Both the position numbers and the translations under genes were made by a program. Under the pieces are notes generated by a model. That model ran no database searches. It had not been told where the DNA came from and saw only the letters and a list, made by a program, of their open reading frames with translations. A stretch of 64,000 nt of DNA. Source: Mobula hypostoma. Lineage: Eukaryota. Position 1 is the stretch's first letter; each line of letters opens with the position of its first letter. The stretch is from the NCBI RefSeq assembly GCF_963921235.1, contig NC_086097.1, positions 22,260,001 through 22,324,000 on the forward strand, written 5' to 3'. Positions 12,605 to 23,030 of this stretch are shown here, one piece after another.

Positions 12605-13510
12605 TGTCAGGACGCTGAAGCAGGGACCCAATCGCAGACCAGGTACTGTGCACACTGTGGTACTTACTGAGTGAAAAATCCAGAGGGGCAACAAATTCAG
12701 TGTCAACGTTCAGGTGGAGATCAAAAAATCCAGAGAAATCCAAAAATCAGAATCAGGAAACCTGCAGAGTCAAAAACCAAAACAATCTAGGTTATCAGGC
12801 AGAGTCAATACTCAGAAGGACAGAGTTTAAATATGAACTCTGGTGTCTGAAAAGAGGATGCTGTCCAAGTTGCATGCCATCTTGGACAATGTCTCCCATC
12901 CACTACATAATGTACTGGGTGGGCACAGGAGTACTTTCAGCCAGAGACTCATTCCACAGAGATGCAACACTGAGCGTCATAGGAAGTCATTCCTGCCTGT
13001 GGCCATCAAACTTTACAACTCCTGCCTAGGAGGGTCAGACACCCTGAGCCAATAGGCTGGTCCTGGACTTATTTCTTGGCATAATTTACATATTACTATT
13101 TAATTATTTATGGTTGTATTACTACTTAATTATTTATGGTGCAATGATAACAAAAACCAATTTCCCTCGAGATCAATAAAGTATGACTATGACTGCTAGA
13201 AAGGCTCAGGAAAACTTACTGGCACAATCTGGCAAAACATAGGTGAAAACACAGGACTAAAACACACTGAGCAATAAACAGAGGCAGATGATAGGTGGAG
13301 CACAATGAGACACAGGTGGCAGCAATTCAGGTAATAATGGGAAACAGGTGAGGGGCGGAGTAATCAGAGATACAAGGGCCGGGGTAGAGCAGGGGTGGGA
13401 GACAGGAGCACATGGGGCATGAAAACAAACAAGAGCATGTGGCAATACAAAAACACAGTGACAGCTAGGGGGAAACACACAAAAAGACAGAGTTCAACTG
13501 GAGGTACCTC
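12605..13510 (-). mobile_element. Gypsy-like LTR fragment interrupted by a Rex1 insertion
   Basis: Starts TGTCAGGAC; ACAGGTG-rich purine strand typical of fish Gypsy LTRs; sits inside the host Rex1 fragment. Confidence 0.45.
12841..13194 (+). mobile_element. Young Rex1 LINE 3' end with (ATGACT)n tail
   Basis: ORF 12843-13055 nearly identical to the C-terminus of ORF 38461-38928. Confidence 0.9.
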
Positions 13511-13779
13511 CAGTCCATGGACTCTGATAATTCTTGCTGTTTCAGTAAAGAAGCAAGCAGTATCAAAGATAATGCTCTGGACGTTCTCTCTTCTCCCCTC
13601 TCCCATCGGGTGGAAGATACAAAAGCATGAAAGTATGTACCACCAGGCTTAAGGACAGCTTCTGCCCTACAGTTATCAGACTCTTGAGATGGAATCTACC
13701 TCGTTACAACCTTGCATTTTAATGTTTACCTGCACTATATTTTCTGCCACAGCTGTTTCACTTTATTCTTCATTGTTAA

Positions 13780-14130
13780 TAGAACATAAAAAAATAGAAC
13801 ATTAGGGCACATTAGAGCCTTAGACCCTCAATATGGTGCCAAACTTTTAACCTACTCTAAGATCAATCTAATCCTTCGCTCCTACATAGCCCTCCATTTT
13901 TCTATGATCGATGTGTCTATGAATGAGCTTCTTAAAAGTCTCTAATGTATCTGCCGATATTACTTCCCCTGGCAACCATTCTATGCACCCACCACTCTCT
14001 GGGTAAAAAAACTTTTCTCCGAGATCGCCCCTATACTATCCTCCAATCACCTTAAAATAATGCCCCCTTGTGTTAGCCATTTCCACCTTGGGAAAATGTC
14101 TCTGGCTATCGACTCAGTCTATGCCTCCTC
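13780..14130 (-). mobile_element. CR1 LINE 3' fragment
   Basis: Reverse-complement FF.QRVVG motif (CACCCACCACTCTCTGGGTAAAAAA) and TAGAACATA tail. Confidence 0.75.
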
Positions 14131-14443
14131 TCATTATTGTTTTTGTTACTCTTATTTTGCCTTGTTCTACCTCAGTTTACTATGTGATATCCTGATCCAT
14201 ATGAACAGTATGCAAGACAAGATTTCCACTGTATCCTGGTACATGTGACAAGAATAGACCAGTTCCAATGTCCTCCAGTCTAGGCAACACCCTGCTGAAT
14301 CTTCCAATGTCTGATCTGTATGAACAAAATGCAAGACGAGCTTTCCATTGTACCTAGGTGCACGTGACAATAATAAACCAATACTAATACCAATAGTACG
14401 AAGAAATTATGGGTTAAAAGTGAAGAGACGGAACACAGACTTA

Positions 14444-14969
14444 CGAGGATGGATTGATAAGTTTGTGGCCGAAGGTAGAAGGAGTCAGTTTTAGAAAACC
14501 TAGCACATTTATTTTTCAACATAGTCCCCTCCTACATTTACACACTTAGTCCAGAGGTCGTGGAGCATACGGATCCCTTCTTTGTAGAAGTCGGTGTCTT
14601 GGACCTCCAGGAAGTGGTCCACAGCAGGGGTGATTGATAAGTTTGTAGCCTAAGGGAGAAGGAGATGAGTTATACAGCTCTTGTTATACACACGTGCAGG
14701 TCAGCTCTTTGAGTGATAATGCAGAAAGTTTGAAGTTAATAACTCATCTCCTTCTACCTCAGGCCATGAACTTATCAATCGCCCTTGCTGTGGACCACTT
14801 TTCTGAAGGTCCAAGATGCCGACTTCTACAAAGAAGGGATCCGTATGCTCCACGGGCACTGGACTAAGTGTGTAAATGTAGGAGGGGACTATGTTGAAAA
14901 ATAAATGTGCTAGGTTTTCTAAAATTGACTCCTTCTACCTTAGGCCACGAACTTACCAATCACCCCTTG
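14444..14969. mobile_element. Mariner-derived palindromic MITE with TA target-site duplication
   Basis: TA at 14442-14443 and 14970-14971; ~230-bp inverted arms; 14821-14904 reads DFYKEGIRMLHGHWTKCVNVGGDYVEK*, a mariner transposase C-terminus. Confidence 0.9.
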
Positions 14970-15220
14970 TATTTCAGTAGCATGTTACAGACACTCTCAT
15001 TGCTGAGCAAAAAAAATGCTGGAGGAACTCAGGTCTGAGGAGGGAGAGTGACAGTCGGCGCTTCAGGGGGAGATCCTTAAGCTGGACTGTCTCCACCTCA
15101 TTATCTACTGCAACCCAGAGTTGAAATCACTTACAACATCTTTACTTTCCATGACTGAGGGATATTGTGAGATAGAGTGGATCGAAAAGACATATTAGAA
15201 AAGAGGACAATAGGCAGGGA

Positions 15221-15617
15221 CTTACTTACTGTTCATTACATGGTGGCATTTAGGGCAGCAATGAAGCTCCTCCATCTCTGGTAGTGCTCAGGGCTTCCTT
15301 CATCATGTCAGTAGCTTCCTCTCGGTTTTCACTACTGTCATGTGAGTACCAGCTGGAAACTCAGGAAAACTGTTGCAGTCAAATGTAGAAGGGTTCTTCG
15401 TTGCTGTTTCCATAACGATTTTTCTTTACCAGTTAGGGCTAGCAACCTAGAGGATTAGTGGACCACTCTTAGTCTGACCTCCACCCTTTGAGCTGCTTGG
15501 CATGGGTGACCCGACCAAGAGCCAAAGCATAAAGCCCTGACTCCAGTCAACACAGCTCTCTGGGACACTGAGGCACACAAGCCTCCAAACCACACAAGGC
15601 TGTGGTCCTCTTGGAGG
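15221..15617 (-). mobile_element. Short internally deleted RTE element (5' UTR fused to 3' end)
   Basis: RTE-type 5' end GGACCACAGCCTTGT; C-terminal RWRSFIAALNA; (AGTA)n tail; TSD AATAGGCAGGGA/AATAAGCAAGGA. Confidence 0.75.
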
Positions 15618-15644
15618 AATAAGCAAGGAATTTAGATTTAATGT

Positions 15645-15900
15645 ATTCCTTCCCCCTGCCCCCACCCAACCACTTTTCCCCTCACCTGGTCTCGCCTATC
15701 ACCTGCCAGATTGTATTCATTCCCCTCCTCCCTCCTTTCTTATTCTGGCATCTTCCCCTCTCCTTTCCAGTCCTGATGAAGGTTCAGCCTGAAACATCCA
15801 CTCTTTATTCCCCTCCGTAGATGCTGCCTGACCTTTTGAGTTCCTCCAGCATTTTGTATGTGTTGCTCTGGATTGTCATCATTGCCAAATCTCTTGTATT
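15645..15900 (+). mobile_element. Penelope-like 3' module with hammerhead motif at 15769-15802
   Basis: AGTC-CTGATGA-AGGTTCAGCCT-GAAA-CATC; downstream ATGCTGCCTGACC..GAGTTCCTCCAGCATTTTG. Confidence 0.8.
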
Positions 15901-16734
15901 TAGATTTGATGTATGGTAGAAGGATGATTTATTTCAGATCATGCTTTTTTTTTTACATAGATGTCTTGATTTGCTTTTATTTGCTTATTATTTCAAGATT
16001 CAAAGATTCAAGGTACATTTATTATCTAAGTATGTATGCGGTATACAACCCTGAGATTCCTCTTCCCACAGACAGTCATGAAGCAAAGAAAGAAAACCAT
16101 GGAAAAACACCAAACCTGCACAACATGCAAAACAAAGAACAAATCATGCAACTGGCAAGAAAAAGCAAAAACCACAGAATATAAAACACCAAACCACAAA
16201 TTATCGAACTAGTCCAGGCATATTCAGTTCAGCTCAGTTCAGTTCAATCTAGCTCTGTGTTGTTCGTTCACTTCAGGCCACACAGCCGGCCTGCCCTGAT
16301 CAAAATTGCACAAAATAACAACAGAAAAGTTAAGACCAGAAACCAAAAGAACATCGTAACGTGAACTACAGAGTCCAAGCCACAAACTGCATCGATTAAA
16401 CCTTCCCAACATCCAGGACTCCGGCAGCATCAAGCAAGAGGGAGAGAAAGAAACCATTGAATGCAGGGACCTTCCTCTGGCAAGAAGGAGAGAGAGAGAG
16501 ACTGTCACATCCAGGCACCTTCCTCTGGCATCAGCAAGCGAGATGGGGTCACCTTCAGTTGCACAGCGCTGAACACCTGCTCACCCTCTGCTGTCGTCCT
16601 CGATGACTTTAATCTTCCCCGAAGCTTTGTGCGGCAAGGTGGGTGAGAAATGGAGTCGATCATGGGCTCGCGCCCTGTCTCCAGGCTTCTTGGCTCCGGG
16701 TCACACACTTTGTGACACAGCACTGAGCCTTCCG

Positions 16735-16960
16735 AGCCACATCGCCCCAGCAACCCCACATCCCTGAGTAACCCTAACCTAATCACATGACAATCTACAA
16801 TGGCCAATTAACCTACCCGGTATGTCTTTGCAAAGAAACCGGAGCACTCGGGGAAAACCCACCTGTTTCACCGGAGTCAGGGCCGGAATTGAACTCCGAA
16901 TACCAGAACATCCCGAGCTATAACAGTGTCGTGCTAACCACTACGCTACTGTGGCACCCG
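16735..16960 (-). mobile_element. tRNA-derived SINE with V-domain-like core
   Basis: Reverse-complement A box TAGCGTAGTGG and B box GAGTTCAATTCC. Confidence 0.75.
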
Positions 16961-17067
16961 ACTGTCTTGATTAATTCATATATGATTTAGGTTCTGTGTG
17001 TGGTCTGAACATAAGTCCCACTGATGAAGCTGCTGCAAACAAGTTTGTCATTGTGTTTGTACCTGGC

Positions 17068-17216
17068 CGTACCTGTGCACATGACAACATACCGTACCTG
17101 TGCACATGACAACATACCGTACCTGTGCACATGACAACAAACTGTACCTGTGCACATGACAACACACCGTACCTGTGCACACGACAACATACCGTACCTG
17201 TGCACATGACAACAAA
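17068..17216. repeat. Minisatellite, 6 copies of a 25-bp unit
   Basis: CGTACCTGTGCACATGACAACATAC repeated at 25-bp spacing (GTACCTG at 17069, 17094, 17119, 17144, 17169, 17194). Confidence 0.95.
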
Positions 17217-17311
17217 CAGAACCAATTGAGGATGAGCTGTGGGAAAGCTGTTTTAGCCAAAGTGCAGAGTGGTGGGCGTGGTGAGAGATGGCATAGCTCA
17301 CTTCCTGAATG

Positions 17312-17620
17312 ACAAAGATAAAGATTAGCTTCATTTGTCACATGTACATTGAAACATGGAGTGAAACATGTCATTTGGATTCAATTCAAATCAAATCAGC
17401 AAGGGTGTGCTGGGGGCAGATCACAAACACCACCGCGCATTTGGTGCTATTAAAGCATGCCCACAGCTTACCAACTTGTCTGTCCTTGGAATGTGAGAGG
17501 GAACCCAAGTGGTCACAGGGAGAACGCACAGATTCCTTACAGTCAGTGGCAGGAATTGAACCCCAATCTTCCGATCGCTGAAGCTGTAGAGCGTTGCGCT
17601 AACTGCGACGCTACTGCGCA
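17312..17620 (-). mobile_element. V-SINE with Rex1-like tail
   Basis: Reverse-complement B box GGTTCAATTCC, V-domain TTCTCCCTGTGACC, tail GTACATGTGACAAATGAAGCTAATCT. Confidence 0.75.
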
Positions 17621-18471
17621 CGTGGCAACAAACGTGATGACTTGAGGATCAGTTGAGGGGAAGTCGTTTCAGCTGAAACTCAGAGGGGGGTGTGAGAGGT
17701 GTGGAGTTCAGTTCTTGAGTTGATGGCGGAGGTAGAAAGGCTTGTCAGCAGTCAGCTGCATATTCCACAAGGTGTGACTAAAAATGCAGACAGTAGGTGC
17801 ACAGTTGAGGCTATTCAGCTCATTGAGTTATGGAACCGTACAGCATCTTCTGCCCACCTTGAAAGATCTAACTACCCAGGCTCCTGCTCTTCAGCTCCTT
17901 CCACCTCCATCAGAATGGTCTCGAGATCAGATTTGGATTTATTTATCACATGTACATTGAAGCATACATCATTTGTGTTAACAACCAACCGGACAGCCCG
18001 CAATTATCACCACACATTCTGGCACCAGCACAGCATGCCAACGATGCTTGGCAGGGGAATACAGAACACAATAAGCAACACGTCAACAACAGCAAAGCAA
18101 GCCCCGTTCCTCTCTCCCACCCACTTGCGCACATGAACTGTCCCCCAACTCCAGGACAGGCCGTTAGAATCCAGGCTCCGGCTTACGGACTTCCACTGTT
18201 CTTCGGGCTCTGATTTTCAGTATCGGCCCACTGTCTAGCCCATGATAGCACCGTAACATCCATGCTCAAGATGGCTTGTGCTTGGTCCCACTGGGAGACA
18301 GCCCACAGAGTTCTCACAGCCTTGCACCGTCCCGAGGAATGTCACGGCCAAGAAGGTTCAGTCACTGAGGTGATGCTGGAGCACGGCGGCCAGTTATGTC
18401 CACAGCAACTTCCCACAGCCAGGAGTGACCTCGGCCTCTTTTTAGCTATGGCTGTGGAAGCTCCAGAGAAG

Positions 18472-18950
18472 ATCTAGAGGAGGTATACTGGGTTGCTGTC
18501 TGGACGAGAGGGCATGGCCTATGAAGGTAGGTTGAGTAAGCTCGGTCTTATTTCTTTGGAGTGAAGGGGGATGAGAGGTGACTTGACAGATGTGTATAAG
18601 ATAAAAGCACAGATCGAATGGATAGCCAGAGACTTGTTCCCGGGGTGTCAATGGCTAATACGAGGGGATATAATTTTAATGTGACTGGAAGAAGGTATGG
18701 GGGGAATGTTGGAGGTAAGTTCTTTACAGAGAAGGTGGTGGGTGTGTGTAACACCATGCCTTGGGTGGCGTTGGAGGCAGATACATTAGGGTCATTTAAG
18801 TGCTGCTAGATTAGCACATGGATGAATGAAAAACACAGGGTCATGTCAGAGGAAGGGGATAGATCGATCTCAGCCTAGGTACAAAAGTTACCACAATATT
18901 GTAGGCTGAAGGGCCTCTACTGTGCTATAATATTCCAGATCTTATGTTAA
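18472..18950 (+). mobile_element. CR1 LINE 3' fragment
   Basis: ORF 18618-18809 NTRGYNF...KFFTEKVVGVCN. Confidence 0.8.
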
Positions 18951-19781
18951 CACAATCCAACAAACTATGTGGCAAGATTGTCCATCATTCTCAGAACACC
19001 TGGTGTAAACAGGGTACAGGGGTGCCCCACAGTGTAGGGAAAAGCAGGCCTGTGTGACAAGTTATAGGTCAATGTGTGGAGCTCACCACATTAAGAGGCA
19101 ATCAGCCTCCCTCCAGCTCCCAGAATCTCATTCCAGCACTTCAGTATAATTAAAAAGCACTGTAGAGGCTAAAAGCCTGACAGATGCAAACAGCGGGGAG
19201 TCTTTTCAGCTGACAAGCTCACGTTTTCAGACTCACGCCAGCTTTGGTAATAACAGTTGAACTCCAGGTTTTGCTGTAAAGGAATTAGATTTCAGCATGG
19301 TCGTTCAGCTCATCACATTCATGCCAGCCTTCAAACATACAGTACATTTACACTGCTACCATTTATTCATCACAAATTTTCACTAACTCCCCCCTCCCCC
19401 AGATTCAGTCACCCACCTACACACTAGAAGCAATTTAGATCATAGAGCAGGGATTAGAGAAGATGGAATATAGATCTTAGAACATAAAACATAGAACATT
19501 ACCGCACAGTGCAGGTTCACAATGTGGTGCTGACCTTTTCACCTACTCTAAAATCAATCTAACCCTTCCCTCCCACAGAGTCCATTTTTATTCTATCATC
19601 CATATGCCTATCAAAGAGTCTCTTAATAGTCATTGTCATACTTTATTGATCCCGGGGGAAATTAGTTAAATGCCCCTATTGTAACATTCCAAGCACTCAT
19701 AACACTCTGAGTGAAAAAATACCTCTGATATGCCCCTATACTTTCCTCCAGTCACCCCAAAAATTATGCCCACTTGTATTA

Positions 19782-20302
19782 GATTAGATTAGATTAGATT
19801 AGATTGAACTTTATTGTCATTGTGCCGAGTACAGATACAAAGCCAATGAAATGCACTTAGTATCTGACCAGAAATGCAAAGAATAGTGTTATTTACAAAA
19901 TAACTGCGAATAAGAAAAGCGCTACAGCACACAAATATAAAAGTACTGAGACAGTACAATATGGGTGCAATACTGTTCAGCGCTGTGATATGAGGTTCAG
20001 CAGGGTCACAGCCTCAGGGAAGAAGCTCTTCCTGTGCCTGCTTGTGTGGGAGCGGAGGCTCCTGTAGCGCCTACCGGATGGGAGGAGAGTAAAAAGTCTA
20101 TGGTTAGGGTGAGATGCATCCCTGATAATGCTTTTCGCCCTGCCCAGGCAGTGTTTATGGTAGATGTTCTCAATGGTGGGCAATTGGGTGCCGATAATCC
20201 GCTGGGCAGTTTTCACCACACGCTGGAGTGCTTTGCGGTCCGATACGGGACAATTGCCATACCACACTGAGATGCAGTTGGTGAGTATGCTCTCAATGGT
20301 AC
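19782..20302 (-). mobile_element. Young Rex1 LINE 3' end with (AATCT)n tail
   Basis: ORF 19977-20267 WYGNCPVSDRKALQRVVKTAQRIIG...LPSGRRYRS...SFFP; (AGATT)n at 19782-19805. Confidence 0.9.
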
Positions 20303-20449
20303 ATTCCCGCCCTGGTAAAAAGTCTCCAGATACCCACTCATTCCATCATGTTGTTCACCTCTATCTAGTTGCCTCTCATCCTCCTTCACACAAAGGAGAA
20401 AAGCCCTCGCTCGCTCAACCTCAAGAGTGCTCTGTAATCCGGGCAGCAT

Positions 20450-20968
20450 CATCTGAAGGAGACGTTTGACGGGTTTGAAAAGGATCGACCATTATTGAAT
20501 TTGTTCAAGAGAGCGTGATCTGCATGAGACAGCCTCTGCTAAAAGTGGTAGAAAAGGCTGTGCAGGATCTAGTCTACGGAGGAGGAAGGTCAGTGCCTTT
20601 AAAACCGTTTTATTTCCGTCGTTGTGAATCCTGCGGACAAGGCAGGATCCGGCTGGGAGTGGCAGTGATGTCGTGTCTTCGAGGAATTCGTTACTTCATG
20701 AAAGTCTCTCCTAATTGACTACATAAATCTCTTGGACTTAAAAATTTACCATTCGAGGAACTGTGTTTGAATTTATCGCTTTAAGAACCGGTTTCACATT
20801 TATCACTTTAAGAACGAGTAATGAGTAGCGGTTTAATGAATGGCTGCATAGCCTTTTACTTCCGGTTAGGGTTTTCATTTTTTTTTTCATTGTTTATCAG
20901 GGTTTAATAAATGTTTGTCTGTTTATAAATTCTGACTCAATATATTCATTTTTGCTGATCACGTGACA
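20450..20968 (+). mobile_element. Probable LTR 3' portion
   Basis: CpG-retaining block ending AATAAA...CACGTGACA. Confidence 0.45.
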
Positions 20969-21499
20969 GTTCAAAGTGAATCTATCATCTAAGTTCATAT
21001 ACTGTTTACGATCTATCTTGAATTTAATTTTTTTACAGATATTAACAGGAAGAAATTCAATAAAAATTAGGAAAATTATGCATAAACCCACAAAGACAGA
21101 CAAACAACCAATGTGCAAAGACAAACTTCAAATACAGAGATCATGAGATGTAAAGAGTCCTTGGAAATGAGTCTGAAGATCATAGAATCTGTTCAGTGTT
21201 GAGGAGGGTGAAGTTATCCACATCAGTTCAAGAGCCTGATGGTTGTAGGGTAATAAATGTTCCTGAATGTGATGGTGTGGGAATTAAAGCTCCTGTACCT
21301 CCTGCCCAATGATAGTAGCAAGAAAAGAGTGTGTCTTGGATGATGGGGGTCCTTGATGGGAGATGCTGCTTTCTGATGAGAAAGAAACACAAAATTGCTG
21401 GGCAAGGACAGATAGGATTGTGGTGCGGTTCAAGATAGTTGGAACCATGGGAGCATTCAGAGAGAAAAGGGACCTTGAGTTTTTATTTACTTTACAGCC

Positions 21500-21740
21500 A
21501 TTTTGGATACTGCCCAGCAACTCCCATTTTAACCCGAGCCTAATCACAGGGCAATTTACAATGACCAATTAACCAACTACTCAGTACATCTTTGGACTGT
21601 GGGAAGACCCAGAGAAAACCCACACATTCCATGGAGAGGACGTACAGACTCCTTACAGATGATATCAGAATTGAACTCCAAACTCCGATGCCCTGAGCTG
21701 TAGTAGCGTCGCGCTAACTGCTACACTACCGTGGCACCCT
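21500..21740 (-). mobile_element. tRNA-derived V-SINE
   Basis: Reverse-complement head GGTGCCACGGTAGTGTAGCAGTTAGC, B box GAGTTCAATTC; same family as 16735-16960. Confidence 0.8.
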
Positions 21741-22394
21741 TGGGTGGGTGAAGACTGGATCATGGAGTAGGGTAGGTGGTCAGAGTCAAGTCCGTGGCAG
21801 CATGATGACAAGGTGAGACAGCGTCACAGGGTTGGGGAGGTTGCTGAGGCCGCAGGTATGTGGGGTAAGTGAGACATGAGGAAGAAACAAAACAGGAACA
21901 CTGAGTGTGAATTGGGATTGCAGAATAGGACTGCAGATGAAAAGAGATAATATGGTTGGACTAGGGGAAATATCAAGATTGTGGGGAGCTGGGTAAGCAG
22001 AGGGTTACCTGGGAGAGAAAAGGATACAGAGTAACAGCAGTTCAGAAACAGTTATTACCCTTCAACCATCCGGCTCCTGAACCAGAGTGGATAACTTCAC
22101 TCACCCCAACTCTGAACTGATTCCACAACCTATGAACTCACTTTCAAGAATTCTTTACAACGCATGTGCTCAGTATTATTCTGTATTTGCAGTTTGTCTT
22201 TTGCACATTGGTAGCTTGTCAATATATGTTTATGTATAGTTTTTTGTAAATTCTATTGTATTTCTTTATTGTAAATACCTGCAAGACAATGAATCTCAAG
22301 GTAGTATATGGTAACATACACTTTGATAATAAATTTTATTTTGACTTGACTTCAGGAGCTTCTAAACTGCTTTCTTCTCCTGTGGCACACCTTA

Positions 22395-23030
22395 CTTTCG
22401 AGAGGATTAGAATATAGCAGCAAGGATATAATGGTCAGGGTTTATAAGGCACTGGTGATGTGTCATTTGGAGTATCTTGAGCAGCTTTGGGCCCTCTATC
22501 TAAGAAAGGATGTGTTTACAAAGGAGAGGGTTCAAAGGAGGTTCACGAAAATGATTCCAAGATTGAATAGCTTATCATATGAGGAGTGTTTGATGGCTCT
22601 GGGCCTGTACTCACTGGAATTCTGAAGAATGAGGAGGGACCTCACTGAAAACTATCAAATGTTGAAAGGCCTCGATAGAGTAGATTTGGAGAGGAAGTTT
22701 CCTGTGGTGGGGAAATCTAAGACCCGAGGACACAGCTCAGGATAGAGGGATGTCCTTTTAGAAAGGAGATGAGGAGTAATTTCTTTAGGCAGAGAGTGGC
22801 GAATTTGTGGAATTTGTTCCCACAATTTGTTGTGGAGGTCAAGTCACTGGGTATATTAAAGGTAGAAGTTGATAGATTCTTGATTAGTCAGAGCACAAAG
22901 GGATAAGGGGAGAAGGCAGGAGATTGGGGCTGAGAGGAAAATGGATCAGCCATGATGAAATGGCGGAGTAGACTTGATGGGCCAAATGGCCTAATTCTGT
23001 TCCTATAACTTATGATCTTACAGTCTTATG
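22395..23030 (+). mobile_element. CR1 LINE 3' fragment
   Basis: ORF 22431-22625 YKALVMCHLEY..ERVQRRFTKMIP; CTTATGATCTTA tail. Confidence 0.9.

Larger units (their letters stand above)
12455..14270 (+). mobile_element. Rex1-type LINE 3' fragment split by nested insertions (LTR-like, Rex1, CR1)
   Basis: ESILSGLIAACYGSCSACDHKKLQ at ~12490; resumes at ~13512 (TCCATGGACTCTG...CCATCGGGTGGAAGATAC) and ~14135; 3' end CACTGTATCCTGGTACATGTGACAAG. Confidence 0.7.

Noticed and set aside
16971..17374. Cys/His-rich repetitive ORFs (MCTGTVCCHVHRYG)
   Set aside because: Translations of the 25-bp minisatellite, open in several frames by chance.
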